From Felis catus (lineage: Eukaryota), in contig NC_058377.1 of the NCBI RefSeq assembly GCF_018350175.1, forward strand, positions 61,132,001 to 61,196,000: a DNA stretch of 64,000 nucleotides, read 5' to 3'. The stretch's first letter is position 1. Each line of letters begins with the position of its first letter. This document shows, piece by piece, positions 24,050 through 35,837 of the stretch. The notes beneath the pieces are model-generated. The model ran no database searches. It saw nothing but the letters and a program-made list of their open reading frames with translations, and was not told the origin of the DNA. The position numbers and the translations under genes are program-made.

Positions 24050-24265
24050 TTCCAGAAGGTGAATAATACATTCTTCAATCACACAGTACACTTCACACTG
24101 ACTTCTGTTTCCAAAGCTAAATTTTTTTCCCTATATGCCCAATGCTGTGCCTTTTATTCCTATAACTTATTCATTCCATAACTGGAAGGCTCTATCTTCC
24201 ATCTCCTACCCCTTTCCCTCTAGCAACCATCAGTTTGCTGTCTGGGTTTAGAGGTCTGATTCCTT
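24050..24265 (-). mobile_element. L1MA9-like 3'UTR fragment
   Basis: aacttattcattccataactggaagg...ccctctagcaaccatcagtttg. Confidence 0.55.
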
Positions 24266-25439
24266 AAGCAAACTTTTAAATGCAACTCTTGATTTCCAGA
24301 AATCGGCTTACCAGAAATCACTCCTTAGAGTTTGTGAGCAATTATTTTGGAAGGATATCCTAACAATACTAAATTTTGAATTGATAAATAATTATTTCGG
24401 TTCAAATATTGAAATATGGTGAGCTTTTATAACATTAAGTATCCTTTCACTCTGAATAAAAGTAAGAATTATTTTTAAAAAAATGTTTTGACCAGTTCAG
24501 TTTAGGACTAAATCCTAGAAGTAGACTAACAAAAATTATGAATGAACGAACTGTTCATTTCAGCTTAAATATTGAGTTCATCTTTTTCTACCTTATTTTT
24601 TGTCAAGAAGTTCAACCATCTTTCAGAGAGCCACAAGTGTTGTCTTCACTACTTAAGACTGGACCTAGAACCCCATCCTAGGTTCCATCATTCCCTTCTT
24701 ATGGAAGCATTGAGTTTTCCAATCCCAACTCAACTACAACTCTGCAGCTTGTAACCAGGTTATCTTACCTCTATAATGAGATGGTCCCATTGTTCACCGT
24801 GAAGGTCAGCTTAATATATGCTATACTACAGCAAGTTTCATTATATCTCTTATCCTGGGGGACCAGATGCCTGCAAGGAATATCCTACCTATCACCTCCT
24901 TCGAGAATGTTGTCTGATTATAAGCAATTTCAATAATTTCTCCTAGTCTCTTCAGGAACAGTTTGGTCTCTTGAAGGGAATCAATCTTGTAGTGTCATTG
25001 CACCCAAGCTAGCTCTGAACTTAGAAACCAAGAGGAGATGGTCTCTGGACTCCGAGTCTCTTGAGATACTTGATTTATTACACTTCTAGGGTTTAAGCAC
25101 ATGTAGGCACTGCGAATTAATGCCTTCTCACAACATATGTGATGAGAGCTAGACAGAATGGAGAATATCAGAGAAGCACATGGTTATTAATTAATTAGGG
25201 TATCCATATTAATATCCCCATATGTCTCCAGATATTAAGTAACTTACTTGAATCTTATCTAGTTCTGAAAAACAACTAAAGCTCCAGGATACTTTCTAGT
25301 CATGTTTCTATTACTGAATCCTCTTGAATTTTACTTGTTTAATCAAGTAAAGGATATTCATTATCCCTATATACAAAAGAATCATTATGTGCATTTTTGT
25401 TGCAATGTTATGCAAATATTAAATATGTCTTCCTTATAA

Positions 25440-25915
25440 ACTTGTCCTTCCTCAACTTCTTCTCCTTTTTCTGTATTTCAGGAGCATTGACCATTGCAGG
25501 CTATGTTTCCCAGGATCACAGATCATCTGTATTTATGCTGGGTTTTTTCAGTGTAGGTACTGGCAGGAAAATATTAGGGAAGAGGAAAGGAAAGTCAGGT
25601 TATTTCTCCCTATTTCTCACTCTCTTCAACTGCATCTACTCCAGGGCTCCAGATCCTGCCAGAGAGGACTTCCATGGTTTCAGCTTCCACTGGGAGACTC
25701 ATATCTTTGAGTCTGGAACTGCTGGTTCCCCTCTCTGTTTCACTGACCTAGAGCTGGTATGGCTTCCTATAGTTCTTAATTTCTGGGAGTCTTTATTTTT
25801 AATATTTCACTTCTCAGAAGCTATATAATTATATAAATAATTATCAGTATTAAAGATGTCCTGTCCTAAATATTCAAATTTTTTTTTGTGTCCTGGTTAG
25901 ATTCTTACTAATATA
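25440..25915 (+). mobile_element. Old ERVL solo LTR (LTR33-like)
   Basis: tggcaggaaaatattagggaagaggaaaggaaagtcaggttatttctccc; terminal tcctggttagattcttactaata; family assigned from recalled consensus. Confidence 0.45.
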
Positions 25916-26506
25916 GATACCTTTAATAATTCTATAGGGCTTTGGTAATTGGTTGATTTGAAAGAATGACAGTATTTCCTAGTTAACTCTTATTAAATAT
26001 TAGAAAGGGGACAATAAAAAATGACCAGCAACCTCAACCTCAACATAATAAAGACCATATATGATAAGCCCTTGTACTAACATTGTACTCAATAGTGAAA
26101 TACTGAAAGTTTTTTCTTTATGACCAGGAACAAGAGAGATATGCCCATTTCTATCGCTTGTATGCAACATAGTTCTGGAAGTATTAGCTATAACAATTAG
26201 ACAAGAAAAATAAATAAAAGGCATACAAGTTGGGAAGGAAGATACAAAACTATGTTTGCAGATGATTTGATCTTGTAAGAAGAAAACCATAAAGATATCA
26301 CACTTGTATGCACACACACACACACACAAACATACCTAATATAACCAATAAATAAATTAGCAAAATTGCAATATTCAAAATCAACATGCAAAACCCCAAA
26401 ATTGCATTTCTATACACTAACAATGAGCAATCTGAAAAGGAAATTACATAAATAATTATATTTATAATAGATTCCAAAAGAATAAAATAGGAATAAATTT
26501 AAGCAT

Positions 26507-26667
26507 GGGGCGCCTGGGTGGCTCAGTCGGTTAAGCGTCCGACTTCGGCTCAGGTCATGATCTCGCGGTCCGTGAGTTCGAGCCCCGTGTCAGGCTCTGT
26601 GCTGACAGCTCAGAGCCTGGAGCCTATTTCAGATGCTGTGTCTCCCTCTCTCTCTGGCCCTCCCCCG
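26507..26667 (+). mobile_element. Young felid SINE (3' end in gap)
   Basis: CpG-rich near-consensus ggggcgcctgggtggctcagtcggttaagcgtccgacttcggctcagg. Confidence 0.93.
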
Positions 26668-27451
26668 NNNNNNNNNNNNNNNNNNNNNNNNNNNNNNNNN
26701 NNNNNNNNNNNNNNNNNNNNNNNNNNNNNNNNNNNNNNNNNNNNNNNNNNNNNNNNNNNNNNNNNNNNNNNNNNNNNNNNNNNNNNNNNNNNNNNNNNNN
26801 NNNNNNNNNNNNNNNNNNNNNNNNNNNNNNNNNNNNNTATGCCAACGCTACCCAAAGTCATCTACAGATTCAGTGCAATCCTTACCAAAGTTGCAATGAC
26901 ATTTTTGTAGAAACAGAAAAATCCAATCTAAAATTCATACAAAATCTCACACAAAANNNNNNNNNNNNNNNNNNNNNNNNNNNNNNNNNNNNNNNNNNNN
27001 NNNNNNNNNNNNNNNNNNNNNNNNNNNNNNNNNNNNNNNNNNNNNNNNNNNNNNNNNNNNNNNNNNNNNNNNNNNNNNNNNNNNNNNNNNNNNNNAGAAA
27101 AGAAAGCTCCCAAATAAACTCTAACATATATGGTCAGGTAATTTCTACAAGAGAGCCCAGATCATTCAATGGGGAAAGAACAGGTTTTTTTCAACAAATG
27201 GCAGTGAAAAAACTAGATATCCACATTCAATGGAATGAAAATGAACTCATATCATACAGAAAAAAATTACTGAAAATGGATCAAAGACCTAAATAGGAGA
27301 GGTAAAACTATCAAATACTTAGAAAAAAAATAGAGAGAACACCTTATGACATTGTATTTGACAATTTCTTGGATAAGACACAAAAACATAGGCAACAAAA
27401 ATAAAAATAAATAAGCTGGACTTCACCAAAATTAAAACTTTTGTACTTAAA

Positions 27452-27634
27452 TACAGACAACAAACTGGTTGTTGCCAGAGGGGAGGTGGGTGAGGAAATG
27501 GGTTAAATAAGTGAAGGGGATTAAGAGTCAACTTACTGTGATGAGCACTGAGTAATGTATAGAATGTTGAATCATTATATTCTACACCTGAAACTAATAT
27601 AGCATTATATGTTAATTATATTTCAATTAAAAAA
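27452..27634 (+). mobile_element. Carnivore L1 3'-terminal fragment nested in the older L1
   Basis: caaactggttgttgccagagggg...gatgagcactgagtaatgtataga...cacctgaaactaatata. Confidence 0.75.
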
Positions 27635-27692
27635 TGAGCAGGAAAACAATACTGTTGTGCATCAAAGGGCACTATCAAGAGAGGGAAAGGCG

Positions 27693-27883
27693 GGGGCGCC
27701 TGGGTGGCACAGTCGGTTAAGCGTCCGACTTCAGCCAGGTCACGATCTCACGGCCCGTGAGTTCGAGCCCCGCGTCAGGCTCTGGGCTGATGGCTCGGAG
27801 CCTGGAGCCTGTTTCCAATTCTGTGTCTCCCTCTCTCTCTGCCCCTCCCCCGTTCATGCTCTGTCTCTCTCTGTCCCAAAAAT
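27693..27883 (+). mobile_element. Young felid SINE (SINEC_Fc; tail in gap)
   Basis: gacttcagccaggtcacgatctc...ctgggctgatggctcggag diagnostic positions shared with 31868-32090. Confidence 0.93.
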
Positions 27884-28245
27884 NNNNNNNNNNNNNNNNN
27901 NNNNNNNNNNNNNNNNNNNNNNNNNNNNNNNNNNNNNNNNNNNNNNNNNNNNNNNNNNNNNNNNNNNNNNNNNNNNNNNNNNNNNNNNNNNNNNNNNNNN
28001 NNNNNNNNNNNNNNNNNNNNNNNNNNNNNNNNNNNNNNNNNNNNNNNNCAACACAATAGATTAGAAAATGAGCAAATAACTTGAATAAAATTTTTTCCAN
28101 NNNNNNNNNNNNNNNNNNNNNNNNNNNNNNNNNNNNNNNNNNNNNNNNNNNNNNNNNNNNNNNNNNNNNNNNNNNNNNNNNNNNNNNNNNNNNNNNNNNN
28201 NNNNNNNNNNNNNNNNNNNNNNNNNNNNNNNNNNNNNNNNNNNNN

Positions 28246-28460
28246 GTGCCTGGGTGGCTCAGCCGGTTAAACGTACAACTTCAGCTCAGGTCGTGATCTC
28301 ACAGTTCATGGATTCAAGCCCCACATCAGGCTCTGTGCTGACAGCTCAGAGCCTGGAGCCTGCTTGAATTCTGTGTCTCCCTCTCTCTGTGCTACCCCCT
28401 CCTCACTTCCTGTTTCTCTGTCTCTTGAAAATAAATAAACATGTAAAAAAATTAAAAAAA
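28246..28460 (+). mobile_element. Felid CAN-SINE
   Basis: SINE body and A tail. Confidence 0.9.
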
Positions 28461-29748
28461 ATCGTTGGTGTGGATATGAAAAATTGGAACCCTTTTGCAT
28501 TGCTAGTGAGAATGTAATATGATGCAGCTGCTGTGCAAAAAGAGACATGGCTATTGCTCAAAAATGAAAACACAGAATTACCATATAATACAGCAATTCC
28601 ACTTCTGGGTATTTATCCAAAAGAAATTAAAACAGAGACTAGAACAGATATTTATATAATTACATCCACAATAGTATTACTCATAGGAGGCAAAAGTTGG
28701 AAGCAACCCAAGTGTCCATCCCCAGATAAATGGATAAATGAAATATAGATAGATAGATAGATAGGAATCTGTATCTAGGTATATGTCTGTTTTATCTATG
28801 TATCTATAGTCCACTATAATATTTATTGGAAATATTATTCCACATTAAAAGGTAAGGAAATTCTGACGCATTCTACAACATGAATGGACCTTGAAGAAAT
28901 TATGTTGAGTGAAATAAGCCAGTCACAAAAAGACCAAGACTGTATTATTCCACTTATATGAAGTACCTAGAGTAGCCAAATTCACAAAGACAGTATAATG
29001 GTAGTTGCCAGGGATTGTGGGGAATGGGAAGTTAATGTTAATGGATAGATTTCAGATGGGAAAGATAAAAATCTCTGAAGAAGAATGGTGGTGATGACTG
29101 CACAGCAATGTGAATGCATGAATTACACTGAACTGGACAATTAAAAATGGTTAAAATAACAACTATTATGTTATGTATATTTTACCACAATACTAAAAAA
29201 GCCACCAGTAAATGTCCTTTAGTTATTCTTATCTTAATGCAAAAAGCGTAAGTGGTGATATTGGATAGATACATAGATACATGGATATATAGATCGATGA
29301 TAGACTGATCTTCATGGTCTTTTCTTTATTACCAACATACAAATATATATTAACAAAGAGAAACATCAAGAGAAGCTTATTGCAGTTGTACACTGAGCTG
29401 TTCCATAAATACAAGTGGGAAACTGTCCATCATTTAGTTCTCTATAGAAATCTTTTTTTCTATATTGTTTACTTATCCTTTTTCTCCTTCCACTGTTCAC
29501 TCTCTGTTTGTAATTATCCTCCATAAGACATACAGTTAGAAGGAGATTGACAATTTGTCCTCGAATATTTAATAAATGAAAAAGCTGAAATAACTTGTTT
29601 GATTAGAATTTTTGGAATTCACAGACATATAGTAAATAAAAGAACTTTCACATGGTAAATGCAATTCTGCTTGTGAGAGTAAGAGCAGCTAGTTATTTTA
29701 ATTATATCACTTCTTTTATTTCCATTTATTTTATTAATTCAGCTACAA

Positions 29749-30693
29749 TCAAGCAACTTTGACCATTAATGTCCTAATAACATGTTCCCGTATTTTCTTG
29801 GTCCTTACTCCATATACAATAGGGTTGAGAAAAGGGGGCACCAAAAGGTACATATTTGCAATAAATATATGGACATGTGCAGGCACATTTTTCCCAAAAC
29901 GGTGAGTGAAAATGGAAAAACCAGCTGTGGAATAGAAGACAAGAATAACACAGACATGTGACCCACATGTGCCCAGAGCCTTAAAGCTAGCTTCTCGGGA
30001 TGGCAGGCGGAATACAGAGCGCAGGATGAAGGCATAGGATACAGCAATGAGAATTGCATCACATGAGCCAATGATAGAAGCCATACTGAGGCTATAACTC
30101 TTGGTGGCCCCTACGTCCATACATGCCAGCTTCACCACGGCCATGAACTCACAATAGGTGTGGGCAATAATTCGTGATCTGCAGTAGGGAAGTTGTTTGA
30201 GCAGGATGGGATGTGGTGAAAAGAACGCTACACCCCTAATCACCACAATAATACTCATTATGGTGATGCGTGCATGGGTGAGAATGGTAGTATGGTGCAG
30301 TGGATGACAAATGGCCACATAACGGTCAAAGGCCATGGCCAGGAAAAAGCCAGATTCCATAGCAGTAAAACTATGAATGAAGAACATTTGGGCTAGACAG
30401 ACATCAAAGGCAATGTCATGGACTCCAAGCCAGAAAAGACACAGCATCCGAGGCAGTGTAGATGTGGAGAGGACCAGGTCAGTGATGGAGAGCATGCACA
30501 AAAAGAAGAACATAGGCTCATGGAGACTCCGCTCTGCCTTCACCACGGCCAGGATGGTCACATTCCCCACCACAGCCACCACGTACATGGAGCAGAAGGG
30601 AATCCCAATCCAGACATGCAGGTGCTCTAGTCCTGGGATGCCCATCAGCAAGAAGGTGACAGGAGAAGGATGAGAGGTATTGAAAGGAGACAT
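29749..30693 (-). CDS. Class I olfactory receptor, OR52 family, intact (314 aa); from memory resembles mouse Or52s19/Olfr601 (unverified)
   Basis: Motifs GIPGLE, LHEPMFFFL, MAFDRYVAICHPLHH, HTYCEFMAVVKLAC, KALGTCGSH, THRFG, PPFLNPIVYGVRT; sequon NTS. Confidence 0.96.
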   Translation of the reverse strand: MSPFNTSHPSPVTFLLMGIPGLEHLHVWIGIPFCSMYVVAVVGNVTILAVVKAERSLHEPMFFFLCMLSITDLVLSTSTLPRMLCLFWLGVHDIAFDVCLAQMFFIHSFTAMESGFFLAMAFDRYVAICHPLHHTTILTHARITIMSIIVVIRGVAFFSPHPILLKQLPYCRSRIIAHTYCEFMAVVKLACMDVGATKSYSLSMASIIGSCDAILIAVSYAFILRSVFRLPSREASFKALGTCGSHVCVILVFYSTAGFSIFTHRFGKNVPAHVHIFIANMYLLVPPFLNPIVYGVRTKKIREHVIRTLMVKVA

Positions 30694-30936
30694 GATGCTT
30701 TTTCCCGTGCTTATCAGTACTTCTAAAGATAAAGTTGCTATGACAGATGATCACAACCAGATGCTAAAAACATGGAGATTCTGTTCAGGAAGACCCTTAA
30801 TGATCTATTGCTAAAAACAATTCAAATTCATAATCAGGTGTATTTAAATTCACTAGGACCATAATACCAAAATTAGTAATAACTAACCAAATGACTGTGT
30901 TTAGAAGTACAGAAAGATAATACTTATATCATATTA

Positions 30937-30945
30937 TCCCAGGGA
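30937..30945. promoter_or_regulatory. Candidate O/E (EBF) site TCCCAGGGA upstream of OR 29749-30693
   Basis: Exact match to the YYYCARRRR O/E consensus, 244 bp upstream of the ATG; short motif, may be chance. Confidence 0.35.
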
Positions 30946-31867
30946 CTTATAAATTACCTTGTCTCTTCATTTCCAGTAAAAGATTCCATCTGTAGTCATA
31001 CCTGAACGTAAGTCAACTAACATTTACTGAATGTCTTCCTTGAGTTACCATTCATTATTTCCCGTATGTCACTGGGCTTTCCCCTAACTAGAAGTGATCA
31101 AGCAGAGGCACTATGAAAACATCAAGTAGTTATTGAAAGGACCCTTATAGTCCAATCTGGCATTCACATGGGGAATAGAAATAAATGGTCTTTGTCCCTC
31201 TCTGGACATTATATTGAAGTCTTTGACACAGCTTTTGAAGTAGAATCAACTCAGTCTTTATCTTTAGCCTTTCATTTACCACTGTGCATACGTGACTAAT
31301 CTGACAAGATTACAACTTGCTTTTTTCCTATTGTTTATTTCTTTCTATCATGTACTGTTCAAGTAGGCACATATTATGTTCTTTTGAACCGACAGATATC
31401 TATTGGTAAGGATAAGATATTTCTTAACATTAACCCCACTCACTACCCTTTTATTCTCATTTTTTTTTTCAGATTTAGATTATTTCACAGTACAGACGGA
31501 TACTAATTGTGCTCCTTCATTTGTTGATCTAGAAACTCAAATTCTCAAACATGCACAACGGTTTATTTATTGGATTGGTAAATTTATACCTGATGATGCT
31601 TGATATATCAGTTATGGACTATAGTAGATTTCTTTATACTTCGTCCTATAATTCCAAGCAATAGTCAACTCCCCATAGCAGAGAAGTCCTGGGATAAAGT
31701 GGGTGAGCATGAGGCAGGAGTTGAGAAGGTTAAAGAGAAAAACTAACTTCTAAGTCACCACAAATGTTTCAGTTGTAGAGTAACCCTTGGTTACTAGTTT
31801 TCTGCTTCTCCTGGCTCCCATCAAGGCAGTACATAGTACTTATGTAGAACTTCCATCAGTTTTTAAA

Positions 31868-32090
31868 ATTTTTTTTAAATTTTTTTTCAACGTTTATTTA
31901 TTTTGGGGACAGAGAGAGACAGAGCATGAACGGGGGAGGGGCAGAGAGAGAGGGAGACACAGAATCGGAAACAGGCTCCAGGCTCTGAGCCATCAGCCCA
32001 GAGCCTGACGCGGGGCTCGAACCCACGGACCGCGAGATCGTGACCTGGCTGAAGTCGGATGCTTAACCGACTGCGCCACCCAGGCGCCCC
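31868..32090 (-). mobile_element. Very young felid SINE (SINEC_Fc) with perfect 18-bp TSD
   Basis: TSD cttccatcagtttttaaa (31850-31867 / 32091-32108); many intact CpGs. Confidence 0.96.
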
Positions 32091-32708
32091 CTTCCATCAG
32101 TTTTTAAAGATAATATGCTCTCCTTCTGTCCCAAACAAATCCTTATAAATATAATATGTACTAATAAGAACTTACACAGAGTTACCAATACATATGCTTT
32201 CCTGAATCATGCCAGAATACTTATTATATCCCCCATATATTATTAACCAATTTTTTCCAGACTTTTATATGTACTATAACCTAGCTTTATTACAGTAAAA
32301 AACAAAAATATGTCTTTTTCCTGATTTAGCTTTAAACAAATAATGGTAGTGTAACTTTCAACACATAATTTATATGGCCAAAACTTATCCCAAAGCTAAG
32401 GGAAGGATGAGTTATACAGAACTGATAGCAAAGGATCAAATTAAGCTTCGTGAATCAAAAAAAAAGTCTTCTTGAGTAAATGGAATTTAGGTTGGAATGT
32501 GAAGGTTATATGACTTGGTCCCATGGAATCTGAATAAGGATATTTAGGTATAGATAAAGATAATATGTATCTGTTTATCTGCACCCACATGCACACACAC
32601 ATAAACAAAGGAAAGGAAAGGGGCATAAACAAAGTTCCACTGGGAAGGACAATCATGATGTAATGAATTAAATCTAGTGTAATTGAGACTCAAAGATTAC
32701 AAAGCGAT

Positions 32709-32933
32709 GAGGTGCCTGGGTGGCTCAGTCAGTTAAGCATCCCACTTGAATTCAGGCCATGATCTCATGGTTTGTGGGTTCAAGCCCTGTGTCGTGTTCT
32801 GTGCTGACAGCTTGGAGCCTGAAGCCTGTTTTGGATTCTGTATTTCCCTACCTCTCTACCCCTCCCCTGCTCAAGCCCTCTCTCTGTCTCTCTCTCTCTC
32901 TCCCAAAAATAAACATTAAATTTTTTTTTAAAA
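32709..32933 (+). mobile_element. CAN-SINE
   Basis: SINE body; TSD core gattacaaag on both sides. Confidence 0.9.
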
Positions 32934-33989
32934 ATGATTACAAAGAAATTAAAGTGAGATAAAATTCTGTGGGTAAACAAAGGTCCCTACACATTCATGT
33001 GTAAGCACATAACCAGCAGGAAATTTTATAATCTAGACCAATGCAGTGGTTGTCAGGTGCTTACTAGTAACTGCTGGAGTTACAGATACAAGGCAGAGCA
33101 TTGTAAGCACAGAAGTAGAAAGTGCACACACTCAGAGATACACACACTGGTTTCTAAAACACTTTTTTTTCTGTACAAAAACACATGATATAATGTCTGT
33201 GAGATCATCTCCCTGAAAATGCCAACCTGAGGTTGAGTACGGAGATCATGAGGTATCCTTCTTCTTGTTCCTTCAATAGATTCACACAATATGAAATATG
33301 GTCAAAATGAGAGAAAACTTTCACTTCTATGAGATCCTTAAAAAAGATCTTTGTTTCCTACAATCTATTTTTTTTTCTTCATTTCATCCATAAAGAATGA
33401 AAAATGTGTATTCCCTCTGTTTCAAAGAATTATATCTTCTTTCTTGAAACTAGGACATTTGGAAAGTAAAAAGATGTTAAGAAAATCCCATGTCTTTGAA
33501 AGTTTTCCTTAGATTGCTCAGACTATCTTTCTCTCCATCCTTCTTTAGTTTCATAACCTTAACTATCTCACAAGGAAACGGACTCAGAACCAAGAAGCAA
33601 CCTAAACATGTAGTTTCCATATATAGTAGCTTCAACAGGGTAATCTCAGAGGATAAGCAAGAATAACAAGTGACACAAACAGGTCCTCATGGAATCACTA
33701 AGAAAGGGGAGGGGGGTATTTGTATTGTTGGTAAATATTTGATAATCTTCCTAGTTGCAGGAATCATAGTTTATCTGTACACTCCCTTGGGTTTACAGTT
33801 GCAGATATAGCCATCTCTTAGTATTTTGATATAATCTGTCAACCACTTAACAGGACTTGAAGGGAACTGAAAAGATAGAGAACACATTCTTTATTCCTTT
33901 AACACATCAGCTTCATTCCATTGCAACTTGGGACATAAACTTTGCAGGCCAGAACAGAGGGGGGTGCTATATGTAAATTATTAAAAAAG

Positions 33990-35330
33990 TATTCAAGAAT
34001 TCCTTATCTAGCAAAACTGCCCTTCAAAATGAGGACAATAGGATATTCCCAGACACGCAAAAGCTGAGAGAGTTCATTATCTCTAAACCTGCTTTACAAG
34101 GAATGCTAAAGGGAGTCCTTTCTGTTGAAATGAAAGGAAGCTAGAGAGTAACTCAAACCTATACAAAAATATAAAGTTCTTCAGCAAAGATAAATACATA
34201 CACAGGTATAAAAATCAGTATTATCCCAATTTTGGTTCATAACTCAGCTTTTTATTCTTCTACAGGATATGAAAGACAAAAGCACAAACAATTATAAGTT
34301 TAAGTTAATGCATACGAAATATATAAGGATGTACTTTGTAACATTAATGACATAATGTCATTATGTGGGTGGTGGAGTTCTAAAGAAGGGAGTAGAGCTT
34401 TTGTCTGGGACTGAAGTTTAGTTTAAAATATATTGTTATAACTTTGGGATGTTATATGTAATTCCTGTGGCAATCACAAAGAAAATATTTGTAAACTATA
34501 CACAAAAGGAAATGTCAAGGAATCCAAAAAGTGTCATTACAAAAATTAAGCAAACACAAAGACAGGCAATAAAAGAGGAAACGAAGGACAAGAAAGTTAT
34601 AAGACATAAAGAAAACAAATAACAAAACAGTATTGGTAAATCCTTCCCTAGGAATAATTATTTTAAATGTATATGTTTTGGGGAGCTTGGGTGGCTCAGT
34701 CGGTTGAGCATCTGACTTCTGCTCAGGTCAGGATCTTGCAGTTTGTGGGTTCGAGCCCCGCGTCGGGCTTGGTGCTGACAGCTCGGAGCCTGGAGCCTGT
34801 TTCGCATTCTGTGTCTCCCTCTCTCTGCCCCTTCCCTGCTCGTGCTCTGTCTCTCAAGAATGAATAAATGTTAAAAAAAATAATTAAAAAAATAAAAATA
34901 AAAAATAAATGTAAATGTTTTAAAATCCCCAGTCAAAATGAAGAGTGGTAGAATGGATGAAAACAGCAGGATTCAGACTTCAGTTTTCCAGTCTGGCATA
35001 TGAGAATCTGGAAGTTCACACTCTACCCTAACAACAAGTAAAAAGCTGAACCAACTGAGAAGTCAGCAACTCTTCCTAGACTCATAAGAGAAGTAAGGTC
35101 ACAAGGCAAACTGCTGTCCCCCAAACTGGAGAAACCAATAAGTGAAGACAGAAAAATTATAATTTACCAGAGCAGAAATCTCTAAGAGAAGCAGTGCAAG
35201 GATAAGAAAATACAAACTATAATTGACAAGTTGCTGGGGGCTTAGTCTGGGAAAACATGAGAGATAAACTCCAGGCGAACGCAGTCATTGATGGGTCCCT
35301 ACACTTTTTTGAGTTTTACTTCAAGAACCA
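33990..35330 (+). mobile_element. Old L1 fragments (ORF1 C-terminus and inter-ORF region, then an L1M 5' piece)
   Basis: caagaattccttatctagcaaaactgcccttcaaaatgag...aagctgagagagttcatt (ORF1 C-term); ggtaaatccttcccta...ataatta (ORF2 start). Confidence 0.7.
34680..34905 (+). mobile_element. Felid CAN-SINE
   Basis: SINE body; TSD aaatgta(t/a)atgttt. Confidence 0.92.
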
Positions 35331-35614
35331 TTAGCTCAGTTGTGACATTCGATGTGACATTCGATATCAGGTACTACTCATATTGTAAGAAGACATCACA
35401 GTCAGAGGTGCTCAGGATTTAAACCACAGCTAACCATTCACAATACAGTGTAAAGGTATTAAAAAGCAAAAGTAGAGAGTCTACCATGCAAAAGAGGATA
35501 TGCAATCTTACCCAGAGCTCAAGAAGTCTAGTGATCCAGTGATCTTTACCAGGGAAGAAAACATAATTACACTAACCTAGCTTCAGAGTATGTCTAAAGT
35601 AGCCAGATTCTGCT

Positions 35615-35625
35615 TTTCTTTTCTT

Positions 35626-35664
<39 letters not shown>

Positions 35665-35837
35665 TTTTTGAGAGAGAGAGTAGCAGAGTAAGTGCAGAGA
35701 GAGAGGGGGACAGAGGATTCAAATTGGGCTCTGTGCTGCCAGCAGAGAGCTTGACTTGGGGCTCTAACTCATGAACCATGAGTTTATGACCTGAGCCAAA
35801 GTCGGAGACTTAACTGACTGAGCCACCCAGGCACCCC
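35615..35837 (-). mobile_element. CAN-SINE with (TTTA)n tail
   Basis: Reverse head ctgagccacccaggcacccc. Confidence 0.9.

Larger units (their letters stand above)
26030..29200 (+). mobile_element. L1MB-like element (ORF2 RT region to 3'UTR) with nested SINEs, an L1 3' fragment and gaps
   Basis: tttgcagatgat (FADD); AIPLLGIYPKE; WKQPKCPS; 3'UTR ggtggtgatgactgcacagcaatgtgaatg...ttttaccacaat. Confidence 0.85.
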
